Source: Candidatus Zixiibacteriota bacterium
GTDB taxonomy: Bacteria > Zixibacteria > MSB-5A5 > WJJR01
Direction of reading: 5' to 3'
Length of the DNA stretch: 25,345 nt
NCBI GenBank assembly: GCA_036170655.1
Contig: JAVHPP010000178.1
Location: 1 to 25,345, forward strand
In this document: positions 1 to 7,254 of the stretch, in pieces
Numbering within the stretch: position 1 is the first letter of the stretch
How the letters are laid out: every line of letters begins with the position of its first letter
Made by a program: the position numbers and the translations under genes
Notes under the pieces: model-generated
Seen by the model: only the letters and a program-made list of their open reading frames with translations
Database searches by the model: none
Told to the model about the DNA's origin: nothing

Positions 1-731
1 GCCAGAAGTTCAGCGAAACCAATAACCCCCCCCAGAGGATTGCGAATCTCATGCGCGATGGTCGCCGACATCTCTCCCAAGACTGCCAGTGTCCGCAGAC
101 GGAGCACTTCGACCTGCATGATCTCCATCTGCGTGATGTCAGTGAAGACCTCGATGGCTCCTTCCCGAAGAGGAGAGTTTCCGCTGGCTGCTTCGGAGGA
201 CACCGGGGTTCCATTCCCGTTCAAGAGGTCGAGCCGCACGGTTGAGACAGAGAAAACACGCGCACAGCCACCGTGGCCGATCATCTCCCGACGAGCATTT
301 GTGACCGGCTCCGCCCCGGAGGCACAAGCCGCCGCCGTGGCAGGATCTCCGGCCCTCTCAGGCCAGAGCTCTACATAATGGCGATTGATCGCGCTGGCAG
401 CGGGAATGAACAGGAGGTCGGCCGCCGCCGGATTGAACAGCCGCACGATGCCATCAGCATCGACGGCGATGATGCCAGAAGTGACACCGGCGACAATCTG
501 TTCGAGGAAGGCGGCCAGACGCCGGTTGGCCTCGCCGACAGTGCGCAATCGCTCATTGACGGATGATAGCTCCGTGTTGAGCGCAGTGTAACGGGTCTCC
601 AGTTCCGCGTAGTCGGCCTGCAAGCGGTCGATCATGCGGACAAACGCATCGACGGAGCGAGCCCAGTCGTCCACCGGGATTTCGATCGGCGCTGCTGTCC
701 GGTCGGTTGCGGTCGTCTCTTCGGGTTTCAT
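1..731 (-). CDS. PAS-domain sensor histidine kinase, FleS/FlrB-like (partial, runs off left edge)
   Basis: Not in the ORF track; translated by hand from ATG at 731: MKPEETT...DRLQADYAELETRYTALNTEL (coiled coil)...GIIAVDADGIVRLFNPAAA (PAS)...LGEMSATIAHEIRNPLGGVIGFAELL (HisKA H-box). No stop before the window edge and no obvious TM segment. Confidence 0.9.
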   Translation of the reverse strand, partial: MKPEETTATDRTAAPIEIPVDDWARSVDAFVRMIDRLQADYAELETRYTALNTELSSVNERLRTVGEANRRLAAFLEQIVAGVTSGIIAVDADGIVRLFNPAAADLLFIPAASAINRHYVELWPERAGDPATAAACASGAEPVTNARREMIGHGGCARVFSVSTVRLDLLNGNGTPVSSEAASGNSPLREGAIEVFTDITQMEIMQVEVLRLRTLAVLGEMSATIAHEIRNPLGGVIGFAELL

Positions 732-754
732 ACGCACCAGTTCCGTCGGAGCCA

Positions 755-782
755 AATATAGGAGGAAGCGCTGGGGGCGCAA
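755..782 (-). promoter_or_regulatory. possible sigma70-type promoter for the histidine kinase
   Basis: TTGCGC-16 nt-TATATT on the minus strand, about 24 nt upstream of the ATG at 731. Confidence 0.35.
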
Positions 783-867
783 CAGCAATCGTCCCGCACC
801 GCCCCGTGGCGTGGGATCGGGACCGCAAACGACACTTGTACGATGAATCTGGTTTCCAGGAAGCCGG

Positions 868-1410
868 TCAGGACTGTGCCGTGCCGTGCGAATCCAATGC
901 GGACAACGGTTCCGCATCGTTCAAGATAATCTCCGGGTTCCTCGTTCGCCCCGTCCCGGATGCACGGTAATGCCTCAGTTCGTCCTCGATAGTCGCAATC
1001 TTGTCACGCAGGGTGTCAATCTCGACGTGCAATTCCTGCTCCTTGATGGCGCGGTCCACGACCTCTTTGAGTTCCTGAAGTTTGAAAGGCTTGATGATGT
1101 AGTCATAGGCCCCCGCGCGGAGCGCCTCGATCGACGAATCGATCGTGGGATATCCCGTCATGATGATGACGGGTGATCCGCGGCGCAGGGCATGGATTTG
1201 CCGCAGTGTCTCAAGACCGCTCTGGCCAGGCATCTTGAGATCGACCAGAACAGCGTCGAATTGTTCCTTGCGGAATGTCGCCACCCCAGCGTTTCCGTCG
1301 GCGGCGGTGGTGACGGCGAAATTCAGCTTGCTAAAAAAATCCGTGAGGAGGTCCCGGATAAAGATTTCATCATCGACCACGAGAATACGTCGCAGCGCCT
1401 GTTGGTTCAT
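868..1410 (-). CDS. response regulator (receiver domain plus short coiled-coil tail, no output domain)
   Basis: MNQQALRRILVVDDE...VLVDLKMP...IMTGY...IKPF carries all conserved receiver residues. Start moved to ATG 1410, which overlaps the upstream stop (ATGA). Confidence 0.92.
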   Translation of the reverse strand: MNQQALRRILVVDDEIFIRDLLTDFFSKLNFAVTTAADGNAGVATFRKEQFDAVLVDLKMPGQSGLETLRQIHALRRGSPVIIMTGYPTIDSSIEALRAGAYDYIIKPFKLQELKEVVDRAIKEQELHVEIDTLRDKIATIEDELRHYRASGTGRTRNPEIILNDAEPLSALDSHGTAQS

Positions 1411-1829
1411 ACGGTTGGTTCTCCGAGTGTCGCTTTGGCGCCGCCGACAGCGGATCGCCGCGCGAGGGCGGTATCCACTGCGCGACGCAAGTGTGTCAAG
1501 TTCACCGGCTTGACGAAATAGTCGTCGAGCCGCCACCGGACCGCCTGGATGGCGCTCTCCACTGACGGATAGCCGGTGATCAGGATAATCGGCAGATCAC
1601 CGTCCTTGGCGCGGATACGTGCGGTGAGTTCAAGACCATCGATGTCCGGCATCTTCAGGTCCAAGATGACGGTGTCGTAGTGATTCTTTTCCAGCAGGGA
1701 GAGCGCACGCTGCCCGTTCTCTGCGACCGCAATGTCGAAATCATGCGTCATGAAGTAGTCGTAGAGCAGGTCGCGGATGAGCAACTCATCATCGACGATC
1801 AGCAGTCGTGGCTTGGCATCCATATTCAC
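1407..1829 (-). CDS. single-domain response regulator receiver protein
   Basis: LLIVDDE...ILDLKMP...LITGY...VKP. AAGGGA SD-like sequence upstream; start is GTG 1829 or ATG 1823. Confidence 0.92.
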   Translation of the reverse strand: MNMDAKPRLLIVDDELLIRDLLYDYFMTHDFDIAVAENGQRALSLLEKNHYDTVILDLKMPDIDGLELTARIRAKDGDLPIILITGYPSVESAIQAVRWRLDDYFVKPVNLTHLRRAVDTALARRSAVGGAKATLGEPTV

Positions 1830-1901
1830 TTTGTCCCTTCGGCGTCAACCCAAACGGCCATGGGTTGCCCTCATGTGTTGCCGGACGTGTCATCCTTCCG
1901 A

Positions 1902-2783
1902 TCAGACGGTAGCCGCGACTGGCTGGGTCTGCAGACCAAAGGATTGGATGGCATCCGATTCCGTCTTGCAGATCTCGAACACGTTTGTCAGTTGCGTAAT
2001 CTCGAAAATCTCCTGCACGTAGGGGGCCAGCTCTGCCAAGATAAGACGGCCATTGACCAGCCGCACGTCTTTGAAGATCGAGACCAGAGCACCGAGACCT
2101 GAGCTGTTGATGAAGTCGAGCCCGCGCATCTCGAGCACGAGGCGTGTGCGCTTTTGCTGCAAACGCTGTCTGACGCTATCTTTCAGTGTGTTGGAACTGA
2201 CCAGATCGAGACGCCCGGCAACGTGCAAGACGTCAACATCGGCATGTGATTCCAGACGGCAGTCCATGACTTCTTCTCCTTTTCTGATATCAGAGTGGCA
2301 TCTTCGTATGTTCTTGGGAATGTTGCTCTCGCTTTGTTCCTGGTCATCGGCTGCTGAAATCGCGGGGACGTCCACGGGAAATGTCATCCGCAACAGCGTT
2401 CCGCCCCCTGCCCGTCGTTCGATGGCGAAGTCGTGTGCCAAGTGCCGGATTAACGGCAGCCCGCGTCCCCCGGTCTGCTCCCAGCGCCCGAAGTCCATCG
2501 TGGCGGGCACGGTCCACGTTTGTTCGCCACGGTCGCCCACCTCGGCGTGGAGCGTGTTTTCCTCGGTCCACAAATGAACATAGACAGTGGCATCAGGACA
2601 GACCGGATGGGCGTGGATAATTGCATTGGTGATGGCCTCTGACAATGCCACAGTGACGCGATGACGCGCGACCGAGCCGAGCTTGGCCGCCAATGTCCAG
2701 CGGTCAATGACCGGGTACACCACCGTGAGGGCGTCCAGATTACCCGGCAATTCCTCTTCATAAGAGAACATCCTGGCGGTCAT
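1902..2783 (-). CDS. fused RsbW/SpoIIAB-like Ser kinase (HATPase_c) and STAS anti-sigma-factor antagonist (RsbV/SpoIIAA-like)
   Basis: N-half has EAITNAIIHA (N box), DRG and GGRGLPLI. C-half has LHVAGRLD...LDFINSSGLGAL (STAS with phospho-acceptor Ser). One uninterrupted frame; start overlaps the upstream stop (ATGA). Confidence 0.88.
   Translation of the reverse strand: MTARMFSYEEELPGNLDALTVVYPVIDRWTLAAKLGSVARHRVTVALSEAITNAIIHAHPVCPDATVYVHLWTEENTLHAEVGDRGEQTWTVPATMDFGRWEQTGGRGLPLIRHLAHDFAIERRAGGGTLLRMTFPVDVPAISAADDQEQSESNIPKNIRRCHSDIRKGEEVMDCRLESHADVDVLHVAGRLDLVSSNTLKDSVRQRLQQKRTRLVLEMRGLDFINSSGLGALVSIFKDVRLVNGRLILAELAPYVQEIFEITQLTNVFEICKTESDAIQSFGLQTQPVAATV
2265..2283 (-). promoter_or_regulatory. 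internal ribosome-binding site and ATG for a stand-alone STAS protein (1902..2267)
   Basis: AAAAGGAG-AAGAAGTC-ATG: a strong SD with 8-nt spacing exactly at the STAS domain boundary (MDCRLES...). Confidence 0.7.
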
Positions 2784-4108
2784 ACGCGGCGCTCCCCAAA
2801 CTCCACCAGAACCGCCGTTACATCATCTATATAATCGGCATGGCGGTAGTCCTTCTCGAGCTCGCACCGCAGCAATTCCAGGAATCTTCCTGACGGGAGA
2901 CCGGAATGTTCACCGAGGAACGTGCCCAGACGATCTCGTCCGTAAAGTCTCCCCACCATATCGGCCGCCTCCACCACCCCATCGGTGTAGGCCAGCAGGC
3001 GATCTTTGGGCAGGAAGCGCTCGGACGATTCACCGTAACGGAAATCAGGGAACTGTCCGAGGAACACACCACCGCACCCCAATTCGGTCACCACCTGGGC
3101 ATCGCTTCGCCAGAGAAACGGCGGCGGGTGACCGGCGTTTGTATAAGTGATCGTTTCTGCGGATGGATCAATCATCGCCAGAAAGAACGTGATGAACATG
3201 TCTTTCTGGCCGGTCAGGTCTTCGCAGACCACACGGTTGATTTCGTTGACGATGTCGGCGACTGATCCGGTCCGTGCTGCCGCCGCCCGCACGACCGAGC
3301 GCACCGCAGTCATCAAGAGCGCGGCCGGCATCCCTTTGGAGGAAACATCCCCGATGGCCAGGAGGAAGGAACCGGTGTCGCGCACCGGCAAGATGTCGAA
3401 GTAATCGCCGCCCACCTTGCGGGCGGGGATGTACAGCGATTCGATTGCCGTCCCCCCGACTCTGAGGTTGGAACGCGGGACCAGAGTTTTCTGGACCTGA
3501 GCCGCCAGCGACAGTTCGTGATCCAGAAGATGCTTCTCAATCGATTCGGCCAGCAGACGCGCATTCTGCACGGCCACGGAGGCGAAATTGACCAGGGTTT
3601 GCAAGACGAGACGGTCATGCGTGGTGAACTCACCGCCGGTGACCTTGTTGACGATGACGATGCAGCCCACGGTTTCGGACTTGGTGACAATGGCCTGAGT
3701 AATCACGGTCTCGATGCGGAAGCTCAGATCTCCCACGGTCACGGGGGGACCGATGTAAGGTGCGAGCAATGCCCCTTCGGTTGTCGCGATCGTGCGTTCA
3801 CAAACCGGACGGTCCTCCCAGAGAATTGATGGAAGGACACGATGATCCAGCCCCCAGGAAATTTGCGGCTGCAACCCCGTGGGCGTCTGCAGAACAATGG
3901 CGCCGACCTGACCGCCGACCATACGGATCGCCATATCCATGAGCGCGGCTAGGACTTCTTCGAGATTCAGAATGGAAGCGAGGATGGCCCCCATTTGCGC
4001 AAGGTCATTGTACTCGGCGGCTGTCCGCTCGACTTGCATCTCGAGTTGCTGGACGCGCACGGCGGCGTTGATGCCTGCCTCGACTGTATGGTCAGCGTAT
4101 CGACTCAA
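2780..4108 (-). CDS. GAF-domain PP2C/SpoIIE-family Ser phosphatase (RsbU-like)
   Basis: GAF region (...VGCIVIVNK...FTTHDRLVLQTL...AVQNARL) followed by PP2C motifs VGGDYFD, IGDVSSKG, NAGH, YTDG and DDVT. Start codon uncertain (TTG 4108). Confidence 0.92.
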   Translation of the reverse strand: MSRYADHTVEAGINAAVRVQQLEMQVERTAAEYNDLAQMGAILASILNLEEVLAALMDMAIRMVGGQVGAIVLQTPTGLQPQISWGLDHRVLPSILWEDRPVCERTIATTEGALLAPYIGPPVTVGDLSFRIETVITQAIVTKSETVGCIVIVNKVTGGEFTTHDRLVLQTLVNFASVAVQNARLLAESIEKHLLDHELSLAAQVQKTLVPRSNLRVGGTAIESLYIPARKVGGDYFDILPVRDTGSFLLAIGDVSSKGMPAALLMTAVRSVVRAAAARTGSVADIVNEINRVVCEDLTGQKDMFITFFLAMIDPSAETITYTNAGHPPPFLWRSDAQVVTELGCGGVFLGQFPDFRYGESSERFLPKDRLLAYTDGVVEAADMVGRLYGRDRLGTFLGEHSGLPSGRFLELLRCELEKDYRHADYIDDVTAVLVEFGERRV

Positions 4109-4147
4109 GGGGACAGGGCGGGCTGTTCTCAGCCCAGCCTGTTCTAT

Positions 4148-4174
4148 CTATCGGCACCAATGCGCAGAACTGAA
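4148..4174 (-). promoter_or_regulatory. sigma28 (FliA/SigD)-type promoter
   Basis: TTCAGTTC-N11-GCCGATAG versus consensus TAAAGTTT-N11-GCCGATAA, about 40 nt upstream of the phosphatase ORF. Confidence 0.65.
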
Positions 4175-4229
4175 TTGTCCGCCTGGGCGGACGCGACCAG
4201 TCGTGACTTGACGGGATATCGCTGAGGCC

Positions 4230-5264
4230 TCAGTAACCGAGGCGCTTGTCCACAACGTTGAGGAGAGGACGGCCAAGCAGGAAGCGGCGCAAGTTTTTCA
4301 GGAACAGTTCGGCTGCACGATAAGGGTAATCCGGCGTGTCACCGGACGTGTGTGGTGTAAACGCCACATTTGGCATGGTATAGAACGGATGGCCCGCGGG
4401 CAGCGGTTCCTGCGCAAAGACATCGAGACCAGCACCGGCAATCGTTCCGGACTTCAGCGCTGCAATCAGGGCAGGTTCATCGACCACAGAGCCACGGGCG
4501 ACGTTGATGAGAAACGCCGTTGGCTTCATGCCGATCAGTTCGTCTTTGCCAATCAAGCACTGGGTGGCTGGTCCCCCGGGGACAGCGAGGACGACGTAGT
4601 CCGACTCACCCAAGGCGTTGAGAAAGCCACGCCGTGTGATTACGTGATCGAAGTGCGGCGGCGAGACTCGCGATGACGTACGCCGCATGCCCCAGACGTC
4701 CATACCGGCTTGTTTCGCGAGACGGGCGATGCCGGAGCCGATGCGTCCCGTTCCCACGATCAGGATTCTCTGGCGTGACAGCGGAATGCGTTTCGCGGTG
4801 ATTGCGGCGCGGTCCCAGTGGCCTTCAAATTTCTGGCGATACCCTTCGTGCAAACCCGTGGCAAACGCGAGAACAAAGGCCCATGCCGCCATCGGGACGG
4901 TTTCGTCATGGATCCCGACCGACGACGTCAGGATCATTCGGCTCTTCTGCAACGCCGGAAAGATTGCAGAATCAACACCGGCCACGCCCATATGCAACCA
5001 GCGAAGACAACCGGTGCGACGGAACTCTTCTTCACTGAAGCGGTATGTCACATAGACATCGGCATGCGGCAGCAGTTCGTCTTTCTCCGTGGCAGAGAGG
5101 GGGATGCAAAATTCGACCCGGCGGCGGAACGAGCGGTCGCTTGCAACACGCTCCATCAACCAAGTGACGAAATCCGGGTCACGCCCGAGAGAACAAACGA
5201 CGCGCACGGCAGGCGAGGCGGTTGACCACTCCGCGATCGGAGGGATGGGAGCCATAGGAGACAT
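4230..5264 (-). CDS. D-isomer-specific 2-hydroxyacid dehydrogenase (NAD(P)-binding)
   Basis: GTGRIG Rossmann motif, INVARG, LDVFAQEPL and FTPH (catalytic Arg/Glu/His). The exact start is uncertain because it lies in a 9-nt repeat tract. Confidence 0.92.
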   Translation of the reverse strand: MSPMAPIPPIAEWSTASPAVRVVCSLGRDPDFVTWLMERVASDRSFRRRVEFCIPLSATEKDELLPHADVYVTYRFSEEEFRRTGCLRWLHMGVAGVDSAIFPALQKSRMILTSSVGIHDETVPMAAWAFVLAFATGLHEGYRQKFEGHWDRAAITAKRIPLSRQRILIVGTGRIGSGIARLAKQAGMDVWGMRRTSSRVSPPHFDHVITRRGFLNALGESDYVVLAVPGGPATQCLIGKDELIGMKPTAFLINVARGSVVDEPALIAALKSGTIAGAGLDVFAQEPLPAGHPFYTMPNVAFTPHTSGDTPDYPYRAAELFLKNLRRFLLGRPLLNVVDKRLGY

Positions 5265-5288
5265 GGGAACGATGGGAGCGATGGGAGG
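5235..5288. repeat. degenerate 9-nt tandem repeat (about 6 units)
   Basis: gatcggagg/gatgggagc/cataggaga/catgggaac/gatgggagc/gatgggagg; the minus strand reads PPI-API-VPM-SPM-API-PPI. Confidence 0.75.
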
Positions 5289-5307
5289 GCGAGCCTCCCG
5301 GCGAGCC
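5284..5307 (+). repeat. REP-like palindrome, GGAGGGCG family, copy 1
   Basis: ggagggcgagcctcccggcgagcc, similar to the copies at 7082-7105 and 20733-20755. Confidence 0.6.
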
Positions 5308-5382
5308 AGAGCACCTACGCACGGGGGGAAATGGCTTGCCGGGGGGTCACCCTCCCTTTTCGACGCCCTGCCAGATGGGGCC

Positions 5383-6723
5383 TCAGATCTTAAACTTCTT
5401 CTCGACCTGGCCGATCACCTCGTCGAGGATTTCCAACCCAACCTGACACTGATGACGACTGATGATGAGCGGCGGCACGAGCCGGATGCCGTTGGGACCG
5501 CATGTCAGGAGCATCAGCCCCTTCTTGAACGTCTCCATCATGATGGCCTCTGAGACTTTGGGCGCCGGCTTCTTGGTCTTCCGGTCGAGCACGAATTCGA
5601 TGCCAATCATCAGACCCAAGCCACGCACGTCGCCCATCGAAGGGTGACGTTTCTGCATCTTTTTCAATTCGGCGAGCATGAACTTCCCCTGTTTGGCGGC
5701 GTTATCGATCAATCCTCCCTCGAGAAGATCGAGAGTGGCGTGCGCCGCGGCGCAGCCGATGGGCGTGCCGCCGAACGTGGTGGAGTGCGCTCCCGGGGGC
5801 CAGTCCATGATTTCGTGGGGCGCGATGCAGGCGCCCAGAGGGATACCTGATGCAAGGGCCTTGGCGACGGTGATGATGTCCGGCGTCACACCCCAGTGCT
5901 GGATCGCGAACATCTTGCCGGTCTTGCCGAGGCCCGCCTGCACTTCATCGACAATCAGGTAGATGCCGTATTTTTTCGCCAGCGCCGCCAGTGCGGGAAA
6001 GTAATCGGGAGGAGGCACGATATACCCGCCTTCACCCTGCACGGGTTCGACGATGATGGCGGCGACATCCTCGGCCGGTGCGACGCGTGTGAATATCTGC
6101 TCCTCAATGAACTTGACACACTCCAGACCGCAGGATGGATACTTCAGATTGAAGGGACAGCGGTAGCAGTAGGCATACGGCACATGTGTCACTTCCGGCA
6201 GGAGCGGCGCGAAATGTTCGCGTTGTATCTTCTTCGAACAGGTCAGCGACAGGGCGCCCATCGTGCGTCCGTGAAATGCGCCGATGAAGGCGATCATCCG
6301 GGATTTGCGCGTCTTGTAACGCGCCAGTTTGAGCGCGCACTCAACTGACTCGGTGCCCGAGTTTGTGAAGAACACCCGTTTGGGACTCTTTCCAGGCGCA
6401 AGGGCACCCAGCCGTTGCGCCAGAGAGCCGATCAGTTCGTGATAGAAATCGGCGCTCGAAAAGTGGACCGCCTTTTGCGCCTGACGGACGATTGCATCGA
6501 CGACCTTGGGGTGGCAATTGCCGGTTGAGCAGACGCCGATACCAGAGTGAAAGTCGAGAAATTGGTTGCCATCGACATCCCAGATCCAAGCGCCGTCGCC
6601 GTGATCGAGCACCACTGGATGGGCACGCGTGTACGACGGCGATACATATTGCTCATCGAACTTAATGAGTTTCGCGCTTTTTGGCCCCGGCAGGCGGGTC
6701 TTAATAACAGGATACTGCTTCAT
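5383..6723 (-). CDS. class III PLP aminotransferase (acetylornithine/ornithine/4-aminobutyrate aminotransferase family)
   Basis: FFTNSGTESVE, AFHGRT, IVEPVQGEGG, IVDEVQAGLGKTG, VAKAL (PLP Lys) and HSTTFGG; GGGAGG SD upstream. Confidence 0.95.
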   Translation of the reverse strand: MKQYPVIKTRLPGPKSAKLIKFDEQYVSPSYTRAHPVVLDHGDGAWIWDVDGNQFLDFHSGIGVCSTGNCHPKVVDAIVRQAQKAVHFSSADFYHELIGSLAQRLGALAPGKSPKRVFFTNSGTESVECALKLARYKTRKSRMIAFIGAFHGRTMGALSLTCSKKIQREHFAPLLPEVTHVPYAYCYRCPFNLKYPSCGLECVKFIEEQIFTRVAPAEDVAAIIVEPVQGEGGYIVPPPDYFPALAALAKKYGIYLIVDEVQAGLGKTGKMFAIQHWGVTPDIITVAKALASGIPLGACIAPHEIMDWPPGAHSTTFGGTPIGCAAAHATLDLLEGGLIDNAAKQGKFMLAELKKMQKRHPSMGDVRGLGLMIGIEFVLDRKTKKPAPKVSEAIMMETFKKGLMLLTCGPNGIRLVPPLIISRHQCQVGLEILDEVIGQVEKKFKI

Positions 6724-6792
6724 GTCATCCTCCCGTAAGAGAAACTCCGGTTCAATTGTTGACAGATGGAAAACGGATAACGGAACACTTGG

Positions 6793-6894
6793 CTACGTGG
6801 CCCCGCGCAGGTAGATGCGGTGCAGCAGGCCGCGCCGCCGGCGGGGATTGCACGGCGGGGCGGACAGGGAGATGTTGGTTATCGCATGTCTCAT
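6793..6894 (-). CDS. candidate 33-aa leader peptide MRHAITNISLSAPPCNPRRRRGLLHRIYLRGAT
   Basis: ATG 6894 is preceded by an AAGGTGG SD-like sequence and lies about 20 nt after the predicted sigma54 start. The ORF ends 69 nt before the aminotransferase and has four consecutive Arg codons. Confidence 0.45.
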   Translation of the reverse strand: MRHAITNISLSAPPCNPRRRRGLLHRIYLRGAT

Positions 6895-6924
6895 CGGCTG
6901 AATCCACCTTGCGTGGGAAGAATA

Positions 6925-6940
6925 CGCAATGGCACGGCCA
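6925..6940 (-). promoter_or_regulatory. sigma54 (-24/-12) promoter
   Basis: TGGCCGTGCCATTGCG matches TGGCACG-N4-TTGC with exact GG-N10-GC spacing and points toward the aminotransferase. Confidence 0.65.
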
Positions 6941-7081
6941 AACCCAAGTCCGAACTTGCCTTCGGGGCTAACGGGCACCGCCTCCGGACATACCGAAAGC
7001 CCCTGGACTTCAGAAACGATTCCCGCCGAGCGGCGGCAGGGCGGCTTCCCGGAAAGTTTCTTCTTCGACGACGCACAGAGA

Positions 7082-7105
7082 CGCTCGGCAGGAGCCTCGC
7101 CCCCC
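7082..7105 (-). repeat. REP-like palindrome, GGAGGGCG family, copy 2
   Basis: Minus strand ggggggcgaggctcctgccgagcg. Confidence 0.6.
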
Positions 7106-7137
7106 TGCTGGGGCAACACTTTCAGGCATTGGCAACT

Positions 7138-7155
7138 TGTCATGTTTTCCGCACA
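7138..7155. promoter_or_regulatory. possible enhancer (UAS) for a sigma54 activator
   Basis: TGT-N12-ACA about 200 bp upstream of the -24/-12 element. The motif is short and could arise by chance. Confidence 0.25.
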
Positions 7156-7199
7156 CGCAGGGCCGGAAAGTCATTAAGCTGCACGACATGAATCGCGTC

Positions 7200-7228
7200 T
7201 TGCCAGCACTCCGGCGCGGCAATATCCT
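7200..7228 (+). promoter_or_regulatory. sigma70-type promoter of the EndoV homologue
   Basis: TTGCCA-17 nt-TATCCT, followed by a GAGGAG SD at 7243-7248. Confidence 0.65.
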
Positions 7229-7254
7229 ATGACTGTTCTGACGAGGAGAGAACC

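Noticed and set aside
1411..1536. N-terminal extension of the 222-aa response regulator ORF
   Set aside because: It overlaps the upstream receiver gene; ATG 1410 gives a clean ATGA coupling and begins at the domain boundary.
5235..5288. Short repeats as a possible CRISPR array
   Set aside because: The units are 9 nt and contiguous, with no spacers and no cas genes.
6895..7143. Longer 116-aa version of the ORF ending at 6793
   Set aside because: It runs through a REP-like repeat and the sigma54 promoter; only the last 33 codons have plausible initiation signals.
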